NCBI GenBank assembly: GCA_035506195.1
Contig: DATJPV010000028.1
Location: 8,711 to 72,710, forward strand
DNA from: Patescibacteria group bacterium
GTDB lineage: Bacteria > Omnitrophota > Gorgyraeia > Gygaellales > Profunditerraquicolaceae
DNA length: 64,000 nucleotides
Direction of reading: 5' to 3'
Of the stretch, positions 27,879-37,347 are shown one piece after another (the stretch's first letter is position 1; each line of letters begins with the position of its first letter). The notes beneath the pieces were generated by a model. The model did not search any database and was not told the DNA's origin. It worked only from the letters and a program-made list of their open reading frames with translations. The position numbers and the translations under genes were made by a program.

Positions 27879-29927
27879 TTAACGTATCCGGGCCCCCAGC
27901 GCATCGGTGAGCCCCCGAAGGACCTCGGCATGCAGTGCGTTTATTTCTGCATCGGTAAGGGTGCGCTCCGAGGAACGATAGCGACAGGAAACGGTCAGGC
28001 CCTTAAAGCCCGTCTCGATTTGCTTGCCCTTGTAGTAATCGGTGATTTCTGTTGCTTCCAAAAAATTCCCGGCCAGCTTGCGTATCGTTTCTTTGACCTG
28101 GGCGACGGGAATTTCTTCTTTCAAAACCAGGCTTATATCACGCAGGATCTCGGGGTATACCGGCCAAGGAACAAATTTTTTCCCCAGACGCGCCAAAGAA
28201 AAAAGCTTTGCCAGGTCGATTTCCAGAGCAAAGACGTCTTTGTTTTTGATGTCGAATCGCTCCAGGATTTCCCTGCGTATGCGTGTCATCACGCCAACCC
28301 GCAGTCTGCCTATATGCGCTTCTATTATGTCCGGGGCGGCCGTACACACAAAGGCGCATTCCTGCAGCTTGATTCCCAGGCGCTCACAGACGATCTGCAG
28401 TATTCCTTTTACATGCAAAAAACCGGGCGTGTCCTGGACTGCCCCCTCCCCAAGCCACAGAGATCTTCTGCCGCATAATGCTACGCCCAAAAACAGCTCC
28501 TCTTTAAGCGATGGGCCCGCATTGCAAAAGATGTTGGCGATCTCAAAGACGGCTACATATTCCTGTTTTTGATTCAGGTTGCGACCGACGCACCTGATGA
28601 GGCTAGGAAGCAGGGTTGGCCTTAGCACCTCTTGTTCCTTGCTCAAGGGATTCATGATCTCCGGCGCCTGCGCGCTCCCCGGATCAAAACCCTCCAGGAT
28701 GTCCCGGGGGATCAGGCTGTGCGTGATCACCTCGTCGAGCCCTAAGCTGAGGAGAGTGTTCTTTAGCTGTACGACCAGCTCGTGCGGACCGATAACGTCC
28801 GGTTGCGGGATAATCGGCGGCAACGTAGTCGGGATGTTCTCGTAGCCGAATATGCGCGCCACTTCTTCGATGAGGTCCGCTTCCAGGTTTACGTCCGGCC
28901 GGAAAGAAGGCACTTCGACTAAAAAGCTGCCTTTTGTATGTGCCTTAACGCCGAAACCCAGGCTGCTCAGGATCCTCTTTACATGGCCGGCGGAAATATC
29001 TTTTGCGCCGGTGAGCGCATGCACGGCCGCCAGGCTTACTCTGATACGCTTGGCTTTCGCCTCAAGTAAGGGCGACCGTACGCTAACCGTGTTTTTGCCT
29101 CCGGCAACTTCGCGAATCAGCTCTACCGCTAGGAATGACGCGTATTCCGTGCCGGCAATATCTACGCCGCGCTCAAAGCGGTACGCAGAATCGCTCTGCA
29201 AACCAAGGACTCTCTTTCCAAGCCGCACCACTACCGGATTAAAAACGGCGGCCTCCAGCAGGACGTGTTGCGTGCGCTCGTCAACCTCGGTGCCTTTGCC
29301 GCCCATAATCCCGGCAACGGCTACCGGGGCGCTGGTATCGGCAATAACCAATACTTCGCCGGTCAGAGACTTCTGCTGTCCGTCAATAAGCACCAGCTTT
29401 TCGCCTGGCCTTGCCCGGCGCACCACGATGGTATCGGAATTCAATTTATCGAGGTCAAAGGCGTGCAAGGGCTGTCCCCAGGCGAACATGATATAGTTTG
29501 TGGCGTCAACGATATTGTTGATACTGCGACAACCAATGGCCTCCAGCCTCTCCTTGAGCCACGCGGGGGAAGGACCGACATGCACGTCGCGGATGATCCG
29601 GGCGGTATAGACGGGGCAATCTTTTTTGCTTTCGATGCGGATGCGGAATTGTTTCGCGGATGCGCCGGGTGCGATGCGATATGCGGCCCTAGCCGTTACG
29701 GGAACCTTGATCTTCTTATCCGTAAGCGCCGCCACCTCCCGGGCAATGCCGACTACGCTTAACCAGTCAGGCCGGTTTGAGGTAATCTCCACCTCGAACA
29801 CAAAATCATTGCCGACCGGCGTAATCGAACCGACCTCCAGGCCTGCCATGGTCAATATATCCGCCAGCCTTCCGGGCGCGATATGCACTCCTACGAAATC
29901 TTTTAACCAGCTATAGGTGAATTTCAT
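27879..29927 (-). CDS. pheT: Phenylalanine--tRNA ligase beta subunit
   Basis: MKFTYSWLKDFV N-terminus, B3/4 and B5 domains, C-terminal anticodon-binding-like domain. Confidence 0.9.
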   Translation of the reverse strand: MKFTYSWLKDFVGVHIAPGRLADILTMAGLEVGSITPVGNDFVFEVEITSNRPDWLSVVGIAREVAALTDKKIKVPVTARAAYRIAPGASAKQFRIRIESKKDCPVYTARIIRDVHVGPSPAWLKERLEAIGCRSINNIVDATNYIMFAWGQPLHAFDLDKLNSDTIVVRRARPGEKLVLIDGQQKSLTGEVLVIADTSAPVAVAGIMGGKGTEVDERTQHVLLEAAVFNPVVVRLGKRVLGLQSDSAYRFERGVDIAGTEYASFLAVELIREVAGGKNTVSVRSPLLEAKAKRIRVSLAAVHALTGAKDISAGHVKRILSSLGFGVKAHTKGSFLVEVPSFRPDVNLEADLIEEVARIFGYENIPTTLPPIIPQPDVIGPHELVVQLKNTLLSLGLDEVITHSLIPRDILEGFDPGSAQAPEIMNPLSKEQEVLRPTLLPSLIRCVGRNLNQKQEYVAVFEIANIFCNAGPSLKEELFLGVALCGRRSLWLGEGAVQDTPGFLHVKGILQIVCERLGIKLQECAFVCTAAPDIIEAHIGRLRVGVMTRIRREILERFDIKNKDVFALEIDLAKLFSLARLGKKFVPWPVYPEILRDISLVLKEEIPVAQVKETIRKLAGNFLEATEITDYYKGKQIETGFKGLTVSCRYRSSERTLTDAEINALHAEVLRGLTDALGARIR

Positions 29928-29930
29928 CGT

Positions 29931-30980
29931 CTAGAATTGCGCAAGAAACCGCATGTCGTTCTCATAGAACAATCTGATGTCATCAATGCCGTACTTAAGC
30001 ATGGCAATACGCTCTACGCCCATACCGAAGGCAAAACCGGTATAGATATCGGGGTCATAGCCGACATTCCGCAAGACATTCGGATGGATCATGCCCGAGC
30101 CAAGGATCTCCAACCACCCTTTTCTTCCGCACACGGAACAACCCTTTCCTTTGCAGATCTTGCAGGAAATATCAACTTCTGCGGAAGGCTCGGTGAAAGG
30201 GAAAAAGTGCGGTCGGAAACGCATATTGATCTCCTGACCAAAAATGCCCTTGGCAAAAAATTCAAGCACCCCTTTTAAATCGGAAAGCCGTATACCCCGG
30301 TCAACCATAAAGCCTTCTACTTGGTGAAACATAAACGAGTGCGACGCGTCCACGGCATCGGGCCGATAGACCCGGCCCGGCACCACCACGGCCAACGGAG
30401 GCTTGGCTTGTTTCATGGCGCGCACCTGCACCGGAGAGGTATGACTACGCAACAGAAGCTTGGGGGCATTCTTGATATAGAACGTATCGAAAGCATCCCT
30501 AGAGGGATGTTCTAAGGGAATGTTCAAGCCGGTGAAATTGTTGTATTCTGTCTCAACCTCCGGCCCCTCAACGATGCGAAAACCCATGCGGCCAAAGAGG
30601 CAACAAATCTCATCCATCACCTGCGTAATCGGGTGCAGGTGGCCTACCCCCTGCGCCACGGCGGGAAGGCCAATGTCAACGCCGCTGCGAATAACGGCGG
30701 TGGGGCCGGCGGAAGCTGTGCCTGCCTTACCGACAAGAGAAGCCTCTATGGTAGCAAGCGCGCTTTCTATCTTATTTTTTAAGGCATTGACTTGCTGACC
30801 AAAAACAGGGCGCTGCTCGGCCGGCAGGGTCGGGATAGAGCTGGTCAACTGGGCCAAGAGCCCTTTTCTGCCCAGATACTTGACCCGGCACTCCTCCAGC
30901 CCCTGAAAAGAAGATATCTCCCCGAGCTGCGCGTCTAAGCTGTTTTTAATCGTCTCGATATCAATACCAGACATATGCAC
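29931..30980 (-). CDS. pheS: Phenylalanine--tRNA ligase alpha subunit
   Basis: Class II motifs (FRPHFFPFTEPSAEVD, GMGVERIAML). Confidence 0.9.
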   Translation of the reverse strand: MHMSGIDIETIKNSLDAQLGEISSFQGLEECRVKYLGRKGLLAQLTSSIPTLPAEQRPVFGQQVNALKNKIESALATIEASLVGKAGTASAGPTAVIRSGVDIGLPAVAQGVGHLHPITQVMDEICCLFGRMGFRIVEGPEVETEYNNFTGLNIPLEHPSRDAFDTFYIKNAPKLLLRSHTSPVQVRAMKQAKPPLAVVVPGRVYRPDAVDASHSFMFHQVEGFMVDRGIRLSDLKGVLEFFAKGIFGQEINMRFRPHFFPFTEPSAEVDISCKICKGKGCSVCGRKGWLEILGSGMIHPNVLRNVGYDPDIYTGFAFGMGVERIAMLKYGIDDIRLFYENDMRFLAQF

Positions 30981-31423
30981 ACCACCAGCGTTATCGCCAT
31001 ATTGCGTTTGTTGACGTCCAACCGTTCACCCAGCGGCTTTCCAGGGGCAATGATGCGGACTGCCTCGGCATGAATATCCAGGTCGCCGCCGTGCTGGGGA
31101 CAGGCGCGCCGGAACACGCCGGACACCTCGATCCAGTCCCCCTTTGACTTATAGGTGCCGCCGCGGATTATCCGGACGGCTGCGGCCCGGGGCAACCAGA
31201 CGCCGATTGCGTTATCCGCGTCATTGATATTCACCCAGGCATAGTCGCCGCGTAGCATTATATCACCGATAACCTCCCCTGCATAGGTGACGGTTTGGCC
31301 GTCATATGCGCTGGCTTTATCGATGAGCTCCCCGGAGCGTATCGGCTGCGCATAGGCAAGGCAGGCGCTGAAAAAAAAGGCGCACGCCAAAATCCCTAAG
31401 CCGAATGCCTTTAGGTTCTTCAT
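30935..31423 (-). CDS. Hypothetical exported protein with C-terminal TM anchor
   Basis: Signal peptide MKNLKAFGLGILACAFFFSACLAYAQP, beta-rich middle, C-terminal hydrophobic helix ITLVVCICLVLI. Start taken at the internal Met. Confidence 0.4.
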   Translation of the reverse strand: MKNLKAFGLGILACAFFFSACLAYAQPIRSGELIDKASAYDGQTVTYAGEVIGDIMLRGDYAWVNINDADNAIGVWLPRAAAVRIIRGGTYKSKGDWIEVSGVFRRACPQHGGDLDIHAEAVRIIAPGKPLGERLDVNKRNMAITLVVCICLVLISRRLKTA

Positions 31424-32943
31424 CGTCCTCTCGCCAGTGCGACAAAAAAACCGATCAGGGTAAATACCGACATGAATTCCAGACGGCCGGCCCACATTTG
31501 GATAATGTACGTCACCTTCAGCGTCGCGGGCATAGAAGCCTGGGTAATCCCGCAGGATAAACCTACATTAGCCGCCGCAGAGGTGGATTCAAACAGAGAT
31601 AACAGGAACGGATACCCGAAATACATCCCCACCAGGGCGCCGGCTCCGTATAATAAAAGATACGCCAGGGTAATCAAAAGCGCGGAGCGCGCCATCTTAT
31701 CCTCGATAAAAAGATCTTTGATGTGGTGGAATCTCTTTACTACAATTGCCCGCTCCGGGAGGATGATCCTTTTGATGTCTTCCAGGAGCGCTTTAAAAAT
31801 AACGCCTATGCGCAACATCTTGATCGCGCCGGTGGTCGAGCACACCGCCCCGCCCAGGGCCATGGCACAGATGACCCCTACCAACGCCAGGTCATTCCAC
31901 TCGGTGACGAACTGCCGGGCATAGATGGTCTGATACCCCGTGCCGGTGTGCCCGGAAATAAGCTGAAAGAAGCCCTTGCGGAAGAGCATGAGCGCATCGG
32001 GGTAAATGTTGATCGCGCGCAGGCCGACGGCGGTAATAAAGAAGGTAACGAGCACCGCCAGGAAGAGAGACCGCGTCTCGATGTTCCGGAAGATCTCTTT
32101 GCGATTTCCGGTCCAGACGTGGTAATGCAGTCTGAAATTAAGCGCACCTAATATCATAATCACCACGGTAATAATTTCCATGGGTGCGCTGTGGTAATAG
32201 AGAGCGCTCTGGGAATTCGGGGTAAACCCGCCGGTATCAAATGCGGCCATGAACAAACAGGCGCCGTGGAAAAAGGCATTCAACGGCCTCATGCCGCTGG
32301 CAATGCCTACGATCCCTAGGGTGACGGTGCTTATGAGCAAATACACAATGCTCACCAGCCAGATGAAACGGCTGGTGTGCATGACATTAGGCAGTATTTT
32401 TTCATCCCTGGCCTCTCCTACGTACATCCTGAAGGCAGAGGAACCCTTCACCAGAAAGGAAAGTCCGACGATAACGATGCCCTGGCCTCCGATAAACATA
32501 ATCAAGTGCCGCCAGAGATTATGCGTTAAAGACAGGTGGTCCAGATCCTGCGCCAACGACAGCCCTGTGGTAGCGAACCCCGACATGGCTTCAAAACAGG
32601 CGTCCAGATACGACTTCCAATGACCGCTTAAATACAAAGGGATGGCGCCCAGAAGCGTGGCGACCAGCCAGGAAAGAGAAACCACAATCATCCCCTGCTT
32701 CCAATCCAGTTCCGTTTCCGTAAAACAGAACCTGGTCAGGATCAGGCCGCATATAAGAGTGATCTCCAGGGTAATCAAAAAATCCAGGGTGGGGTTTATC
32801 TCGTTAAAGACCAGGCCTGCGGCTATCGGCACAACCATGGTCAGGCCTAAGCCTAGGATAATCTTGCCTAAATAATAACCGATGTTTTTGAGGTCATCGA
32901 GGCCGGGGCGCAGGATCATCGTTTGAAAGAAAAAACCAGGCAC
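31420..32943 (-). CDS. trkH: TrkH/KtrB-family potassium uptake membrane protein
   Basis: Repeated M1-P-M2 pore motifs with GFATTGLS / TGYQT / NVGLSCG selectivity-filter-like Gly; ~10 TM. Confidence 0.85.
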   Translation of the reverse strand: MPGFFFQTMILRPGLDDLKNIGYYLGKIILGLGLTMVVPIAAGLVFNEINPTLDFLITLEITLICGLILTRFCFTETELDWKQGMIVVSLSWLVATLLGAIPLYLSGHWKSYLDACFEAMSGFATTGLSLAQDLDHLSLTHNLWRHLIMFIGGQGIVIVGLSFLVKGSSAFRMYVGEARDEKILPNVMHTSRFIWLVSIVYLLISTVTLGIVGIASGMRPLNAFFHGACLFMAAFDTGGFTPNSQSALYYHSAPMEIITVVIMILGALNFRLHYHVWTGNRKEIFRNIETRSLFLAVLVTFFITAVGLRAINIYPDALMLFRKGFFQLISGHTGTGYQTIYARQFVTEWNDLALVGVICAMALGGAVCSTTGAIKMLRIGVIFKALLEDIKRIILPERAIVVKRFHHIKDLFIEDKMARSALLITLAYLLLYGAGALVGMYFGYPFLLSLFESTSAAANVGLSCGITQASMPATLKVTYIIQMWAGRLEFMSVFTLIGFFVALARGR

Positions 32944-33036
32944 ACCAGAAATGCTGCCAACAGTATGGCTGCGGTGTAGGCGATTTCCGTCACGATTCCC
33001 AAGAGTGCCTTTTCGTAACTGTGAGGTCTCATTTTA

Positions 33037-33699
33037 TTAGAGCTTGCCTACGAGCATATGCAAAAGTTGAGGCTCATTGCCGATCAAGGTAATGGCGATA
33101 ATATCGTCCCCAGGCTCAAGGACCGTGGTGCCCTTCGGGACGATAACCTCGTCCTTGCGTACGATGGAAACGAACACCGAATCGGCAGGCAGCTTGATGT
33201 CCTGGACCATCTTGTTGATGACGGGAGAGTCTTCGGGCAGGTCCACGCGTACAATGGCCAGCTTCCCGCGCTTGAAACTCATCAAATTTACAAAGTCGGA
33301 GAAGGAAACCTCCTCTTCGATGATCTTGGCGGTGATTTTAGTGGTATCTATGGGCACATCAATACCCAACTCAGAAAAGGTGTGTTCGTTATCGGGATTG
33401 TTGACCCGGCCCACGGTGCGTTGGACGCTGAACTTTTCTTTCGCTACCTGACAGATAATCAAATTGTCTTCGTCGTCTCCGGTAACCGCCGCTACCACAT
33501 CGGCGCGCGGTGCGCCGGCCTCCTCAAGGATGTTCGGGTCGCAACCGTCTCCCTGGACCACCAGCACCTCAAGTTGCTTGGCGATGTCCTCACAACGGGA
33601 ACGATCCCTGTCCACGATGCTGACGACGTGTTTGCTCGCCACCAGCCGCTTGCTTAAAAAATAACCCACCTTGCCTGCACCGACAATCACGATATACAT
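33037..33699 (-). CDS. trkA: TrkA/KtrA-family K+ uptake regulatory protein (RCK N + C domains)
   Basis: MYIVIVGAGKVG Rossmann motif, RCK_C domain. Confidence 0.8.
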   Translation of the reverse strand: MYIVIVGAGKVGYFLSKRLVASKHVVSIVDRDRSRCEDIAKQLEVLVVQGDGCDPNILEEAGAPRADVVAAVTGDDEDNLIICQVAKEKFSVQRTVGRVNNPDNEHTFSELGIDVPIDTTKITAKIIEEEVSFSDFVNLMSFKRGKLAIVRVDLPEDSPVINKMVQDIKLPADSVFVSIVRKDEVIVPKGTTVLEPGDDIIAITLIGNEPQLLHMLVGKL

Positions 33700-33714
33700 T
33701 GTTTCACCCCAACA

Positions 33715-34359
33715 TTACAATCCCATTTTCTCTTTTATCTTCTTGAGGCTGGCCACTTTGACTACGGCCATCAACATGTCCCTGCTCTGAAGCACGGTCT
33801 CCGGCTCGGGGATAATGACTCCGTCGAGACGCCGTATCGTCACAACCAGGAGCTCCTGGGGGAGATTGATGCTTTTCACGGGGAGGCCGGCCATCTCCTT
33901 TTTGACTTCGATCTCAATGACTCCCAGGTCTTTGGTCTCAATCAGATAGCTGGAAAAGCGGCTTTCGATTATCTTGTCCCTGATCATGGAGGCAAACAGA
34001 ATGGTCCCGCTGAGGACATCCATGCCCAGGGCAGCGTAGATGTGCGCCCGCTGCGGGTCGTAGACGCGGGCAATGACTTTGGGGACGTTGAATATTTTTT
34101 TAGCTACCTGTGCGGAAATAAGGTTGGTGTTGTCGCCGTTAGTGACCGCGCAGAAGGCATCGGCTTTCTCGATGTCGGCCTGTTTCAGCAGTTCGAGGTC
34201 GAAGCCGTTACCGGCGAGCGTCAAGCCGTTAAAGGTCGTTCCCAGCCGCTCAAACGAAGACCGCTCCTTGTCGACGACTACCACGTTATGGCCTTCTGCC
34301 GACAAGAGCCTAGCTAGTTCCGAACCGACCCTGCCACAGCCTACTATGATGACGTGCAT
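33715..34359 (-). CDS. trkA: TrkA/KtrA-family K+ uptake regulatory protein (second copy)
   Basis: MHVIIVGCGRVG Rossmann motif, RCK_C domain. Confidence 0.8.
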   Translation of the reverse strand: MHVIIVGCGRVGSELARLLSAEGHNVVVVDKERSSFERLGTTFNGLTLAGNGFDLELLKQADIEKADAFCAVTNGDNTNLISAQVAKKIFNVPKVIARVYDPQRAHIYAALGMDVLSGTILFASMIRDKIIESRFSSYLIETKDLGVIEIEVKKEMAGLPVKSINLPQELLVVTIRRLDGVIIPEPETVLQSRDMLMAVVKVASLKKIKEKMGL

Positions 34360-34383
34360 AGCGACCTCCGTTTGTAAAACGGA

Positions 34384-34731
34384 TTATTTTTTGACCAGCG
34401 CCACCAACTCTGCGAAGATCTTGGGCTCTCTGACCGCCAAATCAGCCAGCATTTTCCTATCCAGGCCGACCTTGGCATTCTTGAGGCCTTTCATAAATGC
34501 GCTATAGGTGATACCGCAGTTGCGGCAGGCGGCATTGATACGCGTAATCCACAAACCCCGTATTTGCCGCTTTTTGTTACGGCGATCACGGTAGGCATAC
34601 ACCAGCGCATGCATAAGCGCGCGGCGGGCCTGGCGATATTGCTTGCTCCTGTCCCCCCAGAATCCCTTGGCGCTTTTTAGCAGCCGGCGTTTTCTTTTGC
34701 GTGTAGCGACACTGTGTTTTATTTTAGCCAT
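34384..34731 (-). CDS. rplT: 50S ribosomal protein L20
   Basis: MAKIKHSVATRKRKRRLLK...GFWG.RS near-identical to the bL20 consensus. Confidence 0.95.
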   Translation of the reverse strand: MAKIKHSVATRKRKRRLLKSAKGFWGDRSKQYRQARRALMHALVYAYRDRRNKKRQIRGLWITRINAACRNCGITYSAFMKGLKNAKVGLDRKMLADLAVREPKIFAELVALVKK

Positions 34732-34771
34732 GAAACCTCCTTACACATACACATCTTTGGGTTAGCGATAC

Positions 34772-34972
34772 CTACCCGTATGGGAGCATGCGCTTGATGT
34801 ACTTTACGTCCTGAGAGCCAGTGACGGTTTGCGCCTTCCTCATCGATCTGAGTTTTTCTGGTTCCTTGACGGACATAAGGTGGCTCTTGCCCCCGGGATG
34901 AAACTTTACTTTTCCCTTTTTGGTAAGTCTAAATCTTTTTGCAACGCCCTTTTTAGTTTTTAACTTTGGCAT
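34772..34972 (-). CDS. rpmI: 50S ribosomal protein L35
   Basis: MPKLKTKKGVAKRFRLTKKGKVK... bL35 consensus. Confidence 0.9.
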   Translation of the reverse strand: MPKLKTKKGVAKRFRLTKKGKVKFHPGGKSHLMSVKEPEKLRSMRKAQTVTGSQDVKYIKRMLPYG

Positions 34973-35001
34973 CTGTTCTCCTTGCGCTACTTGTAGTCCT
35001 A

Positions 35002-35508
35002 TTACTTCGGGGCAATGACCAGCGATATAACCCTGCCCTCTAAAAGCGGCTCTTTTTCCACTTGACCGTCGTTTTGCGTATCGGTAATAAATTTATCTAA
35101 AATCTTTCGGCCCAAATCCATGTGCTCCATCTGCCTGCCCCTGAAGAAGAGATTGACCTTGACCTTGTCTTTCTTCTGGAGGAAGGCTACCGCCTGTTTA
35201 ACTTTAGTCTGGAAATCATGCTCGTCGATATTGGGCTTCAGACGGATCTCTTTAAGCCGGCCCTGCTTCTGATGTTTTTTGGCCTCGCGTTCCTTTTTTT
35301 CCTGGTCGTATTTAAACTTGCTGAAATCTATGATCCGGCAGACCGGCGGGGCTGCCTGTGAGGCGACCTCAACCAGGTCTAATTCGTGCTGATTAGCCAT
35401 TTCCAACGCCCGCTGGATGGGGACAACCCCCAACTGGTTGCCGTCAGGACCGATAAGTCGAACTTCCGGTACGCGTATTCTGTCATTGATACGAATGAAC
35501 TTTTTTAT
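35002..35508 (-). CDS. infC: Translation initiation factor IF-3 (probable non-AUG start, AUA or GUG)
   Basis: EVRLIGPDGNQLGVV...ELDLVEV and C-terminal domain consensus. No in-frame AUG at the N-terminus; GGAGGTG-6nt-ATA arrangement. Confidence 0.85.
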   Translation of the reverse strand: MKKFIRINDRIRVPEVRLIGPDGNQLGVVPIQRALEMANQHELDLVEVASQAAPPVCRIIDFSKFKYDQEKKEREAKKHQKQGRLKEIRLKPNIDEHDFQTKVKQAVAFLQKKDKVKVNLFFRGRQMEHMDLGRKILDKFITDTQNDGQVEKEPLLEGRVISLVIAPK

Positions 35509-35526
35509 GGTAACCACCTCCTTTTA

Positions 35527-37257
35527 CTAAATGCGCTGCAACTCCTGCGTTAACCTTTGTACAAAATCTGCGACCGACATGGTGCCCATATCGCCGAGCC
35601 CTTTTTTCCTGACCGCGACCACTCCTTGTTTGGCCTCGCGTCCGCCGACCACCAGACAGTACGGGATTTTTTCTACCTCTGCCTGCCGGATGCGTTTATC
35701 CAGGGTTTCGTTACGGCTATCCAACTCGATCCGAATACCCGTTTCTGCCAGGGCCTTCTTCACCGTCTGGCTGTATTCCATGACGTCGGGCTTGATCGGA
35801 ATAATCATCACCTGCACCGGCGCAAGCCATAGGGGCAGCGCGCCGGCATAATGCTCAAGGAGCGCACCAATAAATCTCTCGAGGCTACCCAAGAGCACGC
35901 GGTGGAGCATGATCGGCTGCCGCTGGCTGCCGTCGGCGTCAACGTAGGCAAGGTCGAACCTCTTGGGGAGCGCAAAATCACACTGGATGGTAGCGCACTG
36001 CCATTTGCGCTTGAGGGCATCCTTGAGCTTGATGTCGATCTTCGGTCCGTAGAACGCGCCGTCGCCGGCATTGACCTCATAGGCCAGGCCTTTTTCTTTC
36101 AGGGAATCTTCCAGTGCTGAAGTTGCCCGCTGCCAGTCCTCTTCAGAGCCGATGTATTTTTCCGGGCGGGTGCTTAACTCGATCCCTAGATCCTGAAAAC
36201 CGAATACCTTCATCGTATCAAATACAAAGTCGATAATCGCCTTGATCTCTTCTTTAAGTTGCTCGGGAAGACAGAAGATGTGCGCATCGTCCTGGGTAAA
36301 ACCCCGCACGCGCAACAGGCCGTGCAATACCCCGGCCTTTTCATGCCGATACACCGTGCCCAGTTCAAAGAGCCGCAAAGGCAAATCCCGGTAGCTGCGG
36401 CCCTTTGATTGGTAAATCAAGATGTGCCCCGGACAATTCATGGGCTTGAGCACGAATTCTTTCTCGTCTATCTTAAACGTGTACATATTCTCTTTGTAAT
36501 AATCATAGTGGCCGGAGGTTTTCCATAGTTCTGCCTGCATGATGTGCGGGGTGATGACCAGCTGATAGCCGCGCTTGAGATGCTCTTGCTTCTCGTAATC
36601 CTCGATGATCTTGCGCAGGAGCGCGCCCTTGGGATGATAGAACACCAGCCCCGGCCCGGCAGATTCATGATAGATGTCGAAGTACTCCAGTTGCGGCCCC
36701 AGTTTGCGGTGGTCGCGATTTTTTGCTTCTTCCAGGTTCTTGAGGTATTCCTCGAGTTCTTGCGCTGTGTAAAAACAAGTGCCGTAAATGCGCTGGAGCA
36801 TGGGGTTGGTTTCAATGCCGTGCCAATACGCACCGGCTACCGACAAAAGCTTAAAGGCTTTGATCGCGCCCGTTGCCGCAATGTGCGGACCGCGGCACAG
36901 GTCTACAAAATCCGCGCCTGTTTTGTATACGGAAACCGTCTGATCCGGCAGCGCCCGAATAAGCTCGACCTTGTAATCTTCATGCAGCCCCATAAACAAC
37001 TCTATCGCCTTCTCGCGAGGAATCTCTTCCCGTATGAATGGCTCGTTGCGGGAGATGATTTCGCGCATCCTCTCTCCTATCCGGAGCAGATCCTCATCGC
37101 TGAACGGCTCCTTTTTATCGAAATCGTAGTAGAACCCGTCTTCAATCGCAGGGCCGATGGCTAATTTGGCGTCCGGCCAAAGCTGTTTTACCGCCTCGGC
37201 CATTACGTGAGAACAAGAATGCCTTAGGGTGTCGAGATCTATTTTTACGTTTTGCAT
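35527..37257 (-). CDS. thrS: Threonyl-tRNA synthetase (short form lacking the N-terminal TGS domain)
   Basis: HSCSHV...WP.AKLAIGP..EDGFYYDFD editing-domain motif, class II core motifs. The first Met of the long ORF would overlap tRNA-Val, so the start is taken at MQNVKID (37257). Confidence 0.9.
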   Translation of the reverse strand: MQNVKIDLDTLRHSCSHVMAEAVKQLWPDAKLAIGPAIEDGFYYDFDKKEPFSDEDLLRIGERMREIISRNEPFIREEIPREKAIELFMGLHEDYKVELIRALPDQTVSVYKTGADFVDLCRGPHIAATGAIKAFKLLSVAGAYWHGIETNPMLQRIYGTCFYTAQELEEYLKNLEEAKNRDHRKLGPQLEYFDIYHESAGPGLVFYHPKGALLRKIIEDYEKQEHLKRGYQLVITPHIMQAELWKTSGHYDYYKENMYTFKIDEKEFVLKPMNCPGHILIYQSKGRSYRDLPLRLFELGTVYRHEKAGVLHGLLRVRGFTQDDAHIFCLPEQLKEEIKAIIDFVFDTMKVFGFQDLGIELSTRPEKYIGSEEDWQRATSALEDSLKEKGLAYEVNAGDGAFYGPKIDIKLKDALKRKWQCATIQCDFALPKRFDLAYVDADGSQRQPIMLHRVLLGSLERFIGALLEHYAGALPLWLAPVQVMIIPIKPDVMEYSQTVKKALAETGIRIELDSRNETLDKRIRQAEVEKIPYCLVVGGREAKQGVVAVRKKGLGDMGTMSVADFVQRLTQELQRI

Positions 37258-37266
37258 TTTTTCAAG

Positions 37267-37340
37267 TGGGCCCAAGAGGAGTCGGACCTCTGACCTTTGC
37301 GATGTCAACGCAACGCTCTAACCAACTGAGCTATGAGCCC
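37267..37340 (-). tRNA. tRNA-Val (anticodon GAC)
   Basis: Reverse complement GGGCTCATAGCTCAGTTGGTTAGAGCG-TTGCG-TTGACAT-CGCAA...TTCGACTCC...TGGGCCCA is a canonical cloverleaf. Confidence 0.85.
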
Positions 37341-37347
37341 ATAGCTA

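Noticed and set aside
28042-29762. Plus-strand ORFs of 165-214 aa opposite pheT
   Set aside because: Antisense shadow ORFs within a confidently assigned pheT; Ser/Arg-rich composition.
37258-37308. T-box or operator leader upstream of thrS
   Set aside because: Only 9 nt separate the tRNA-Val 3' end from the usable thrS start; there is no room for a leader structure.
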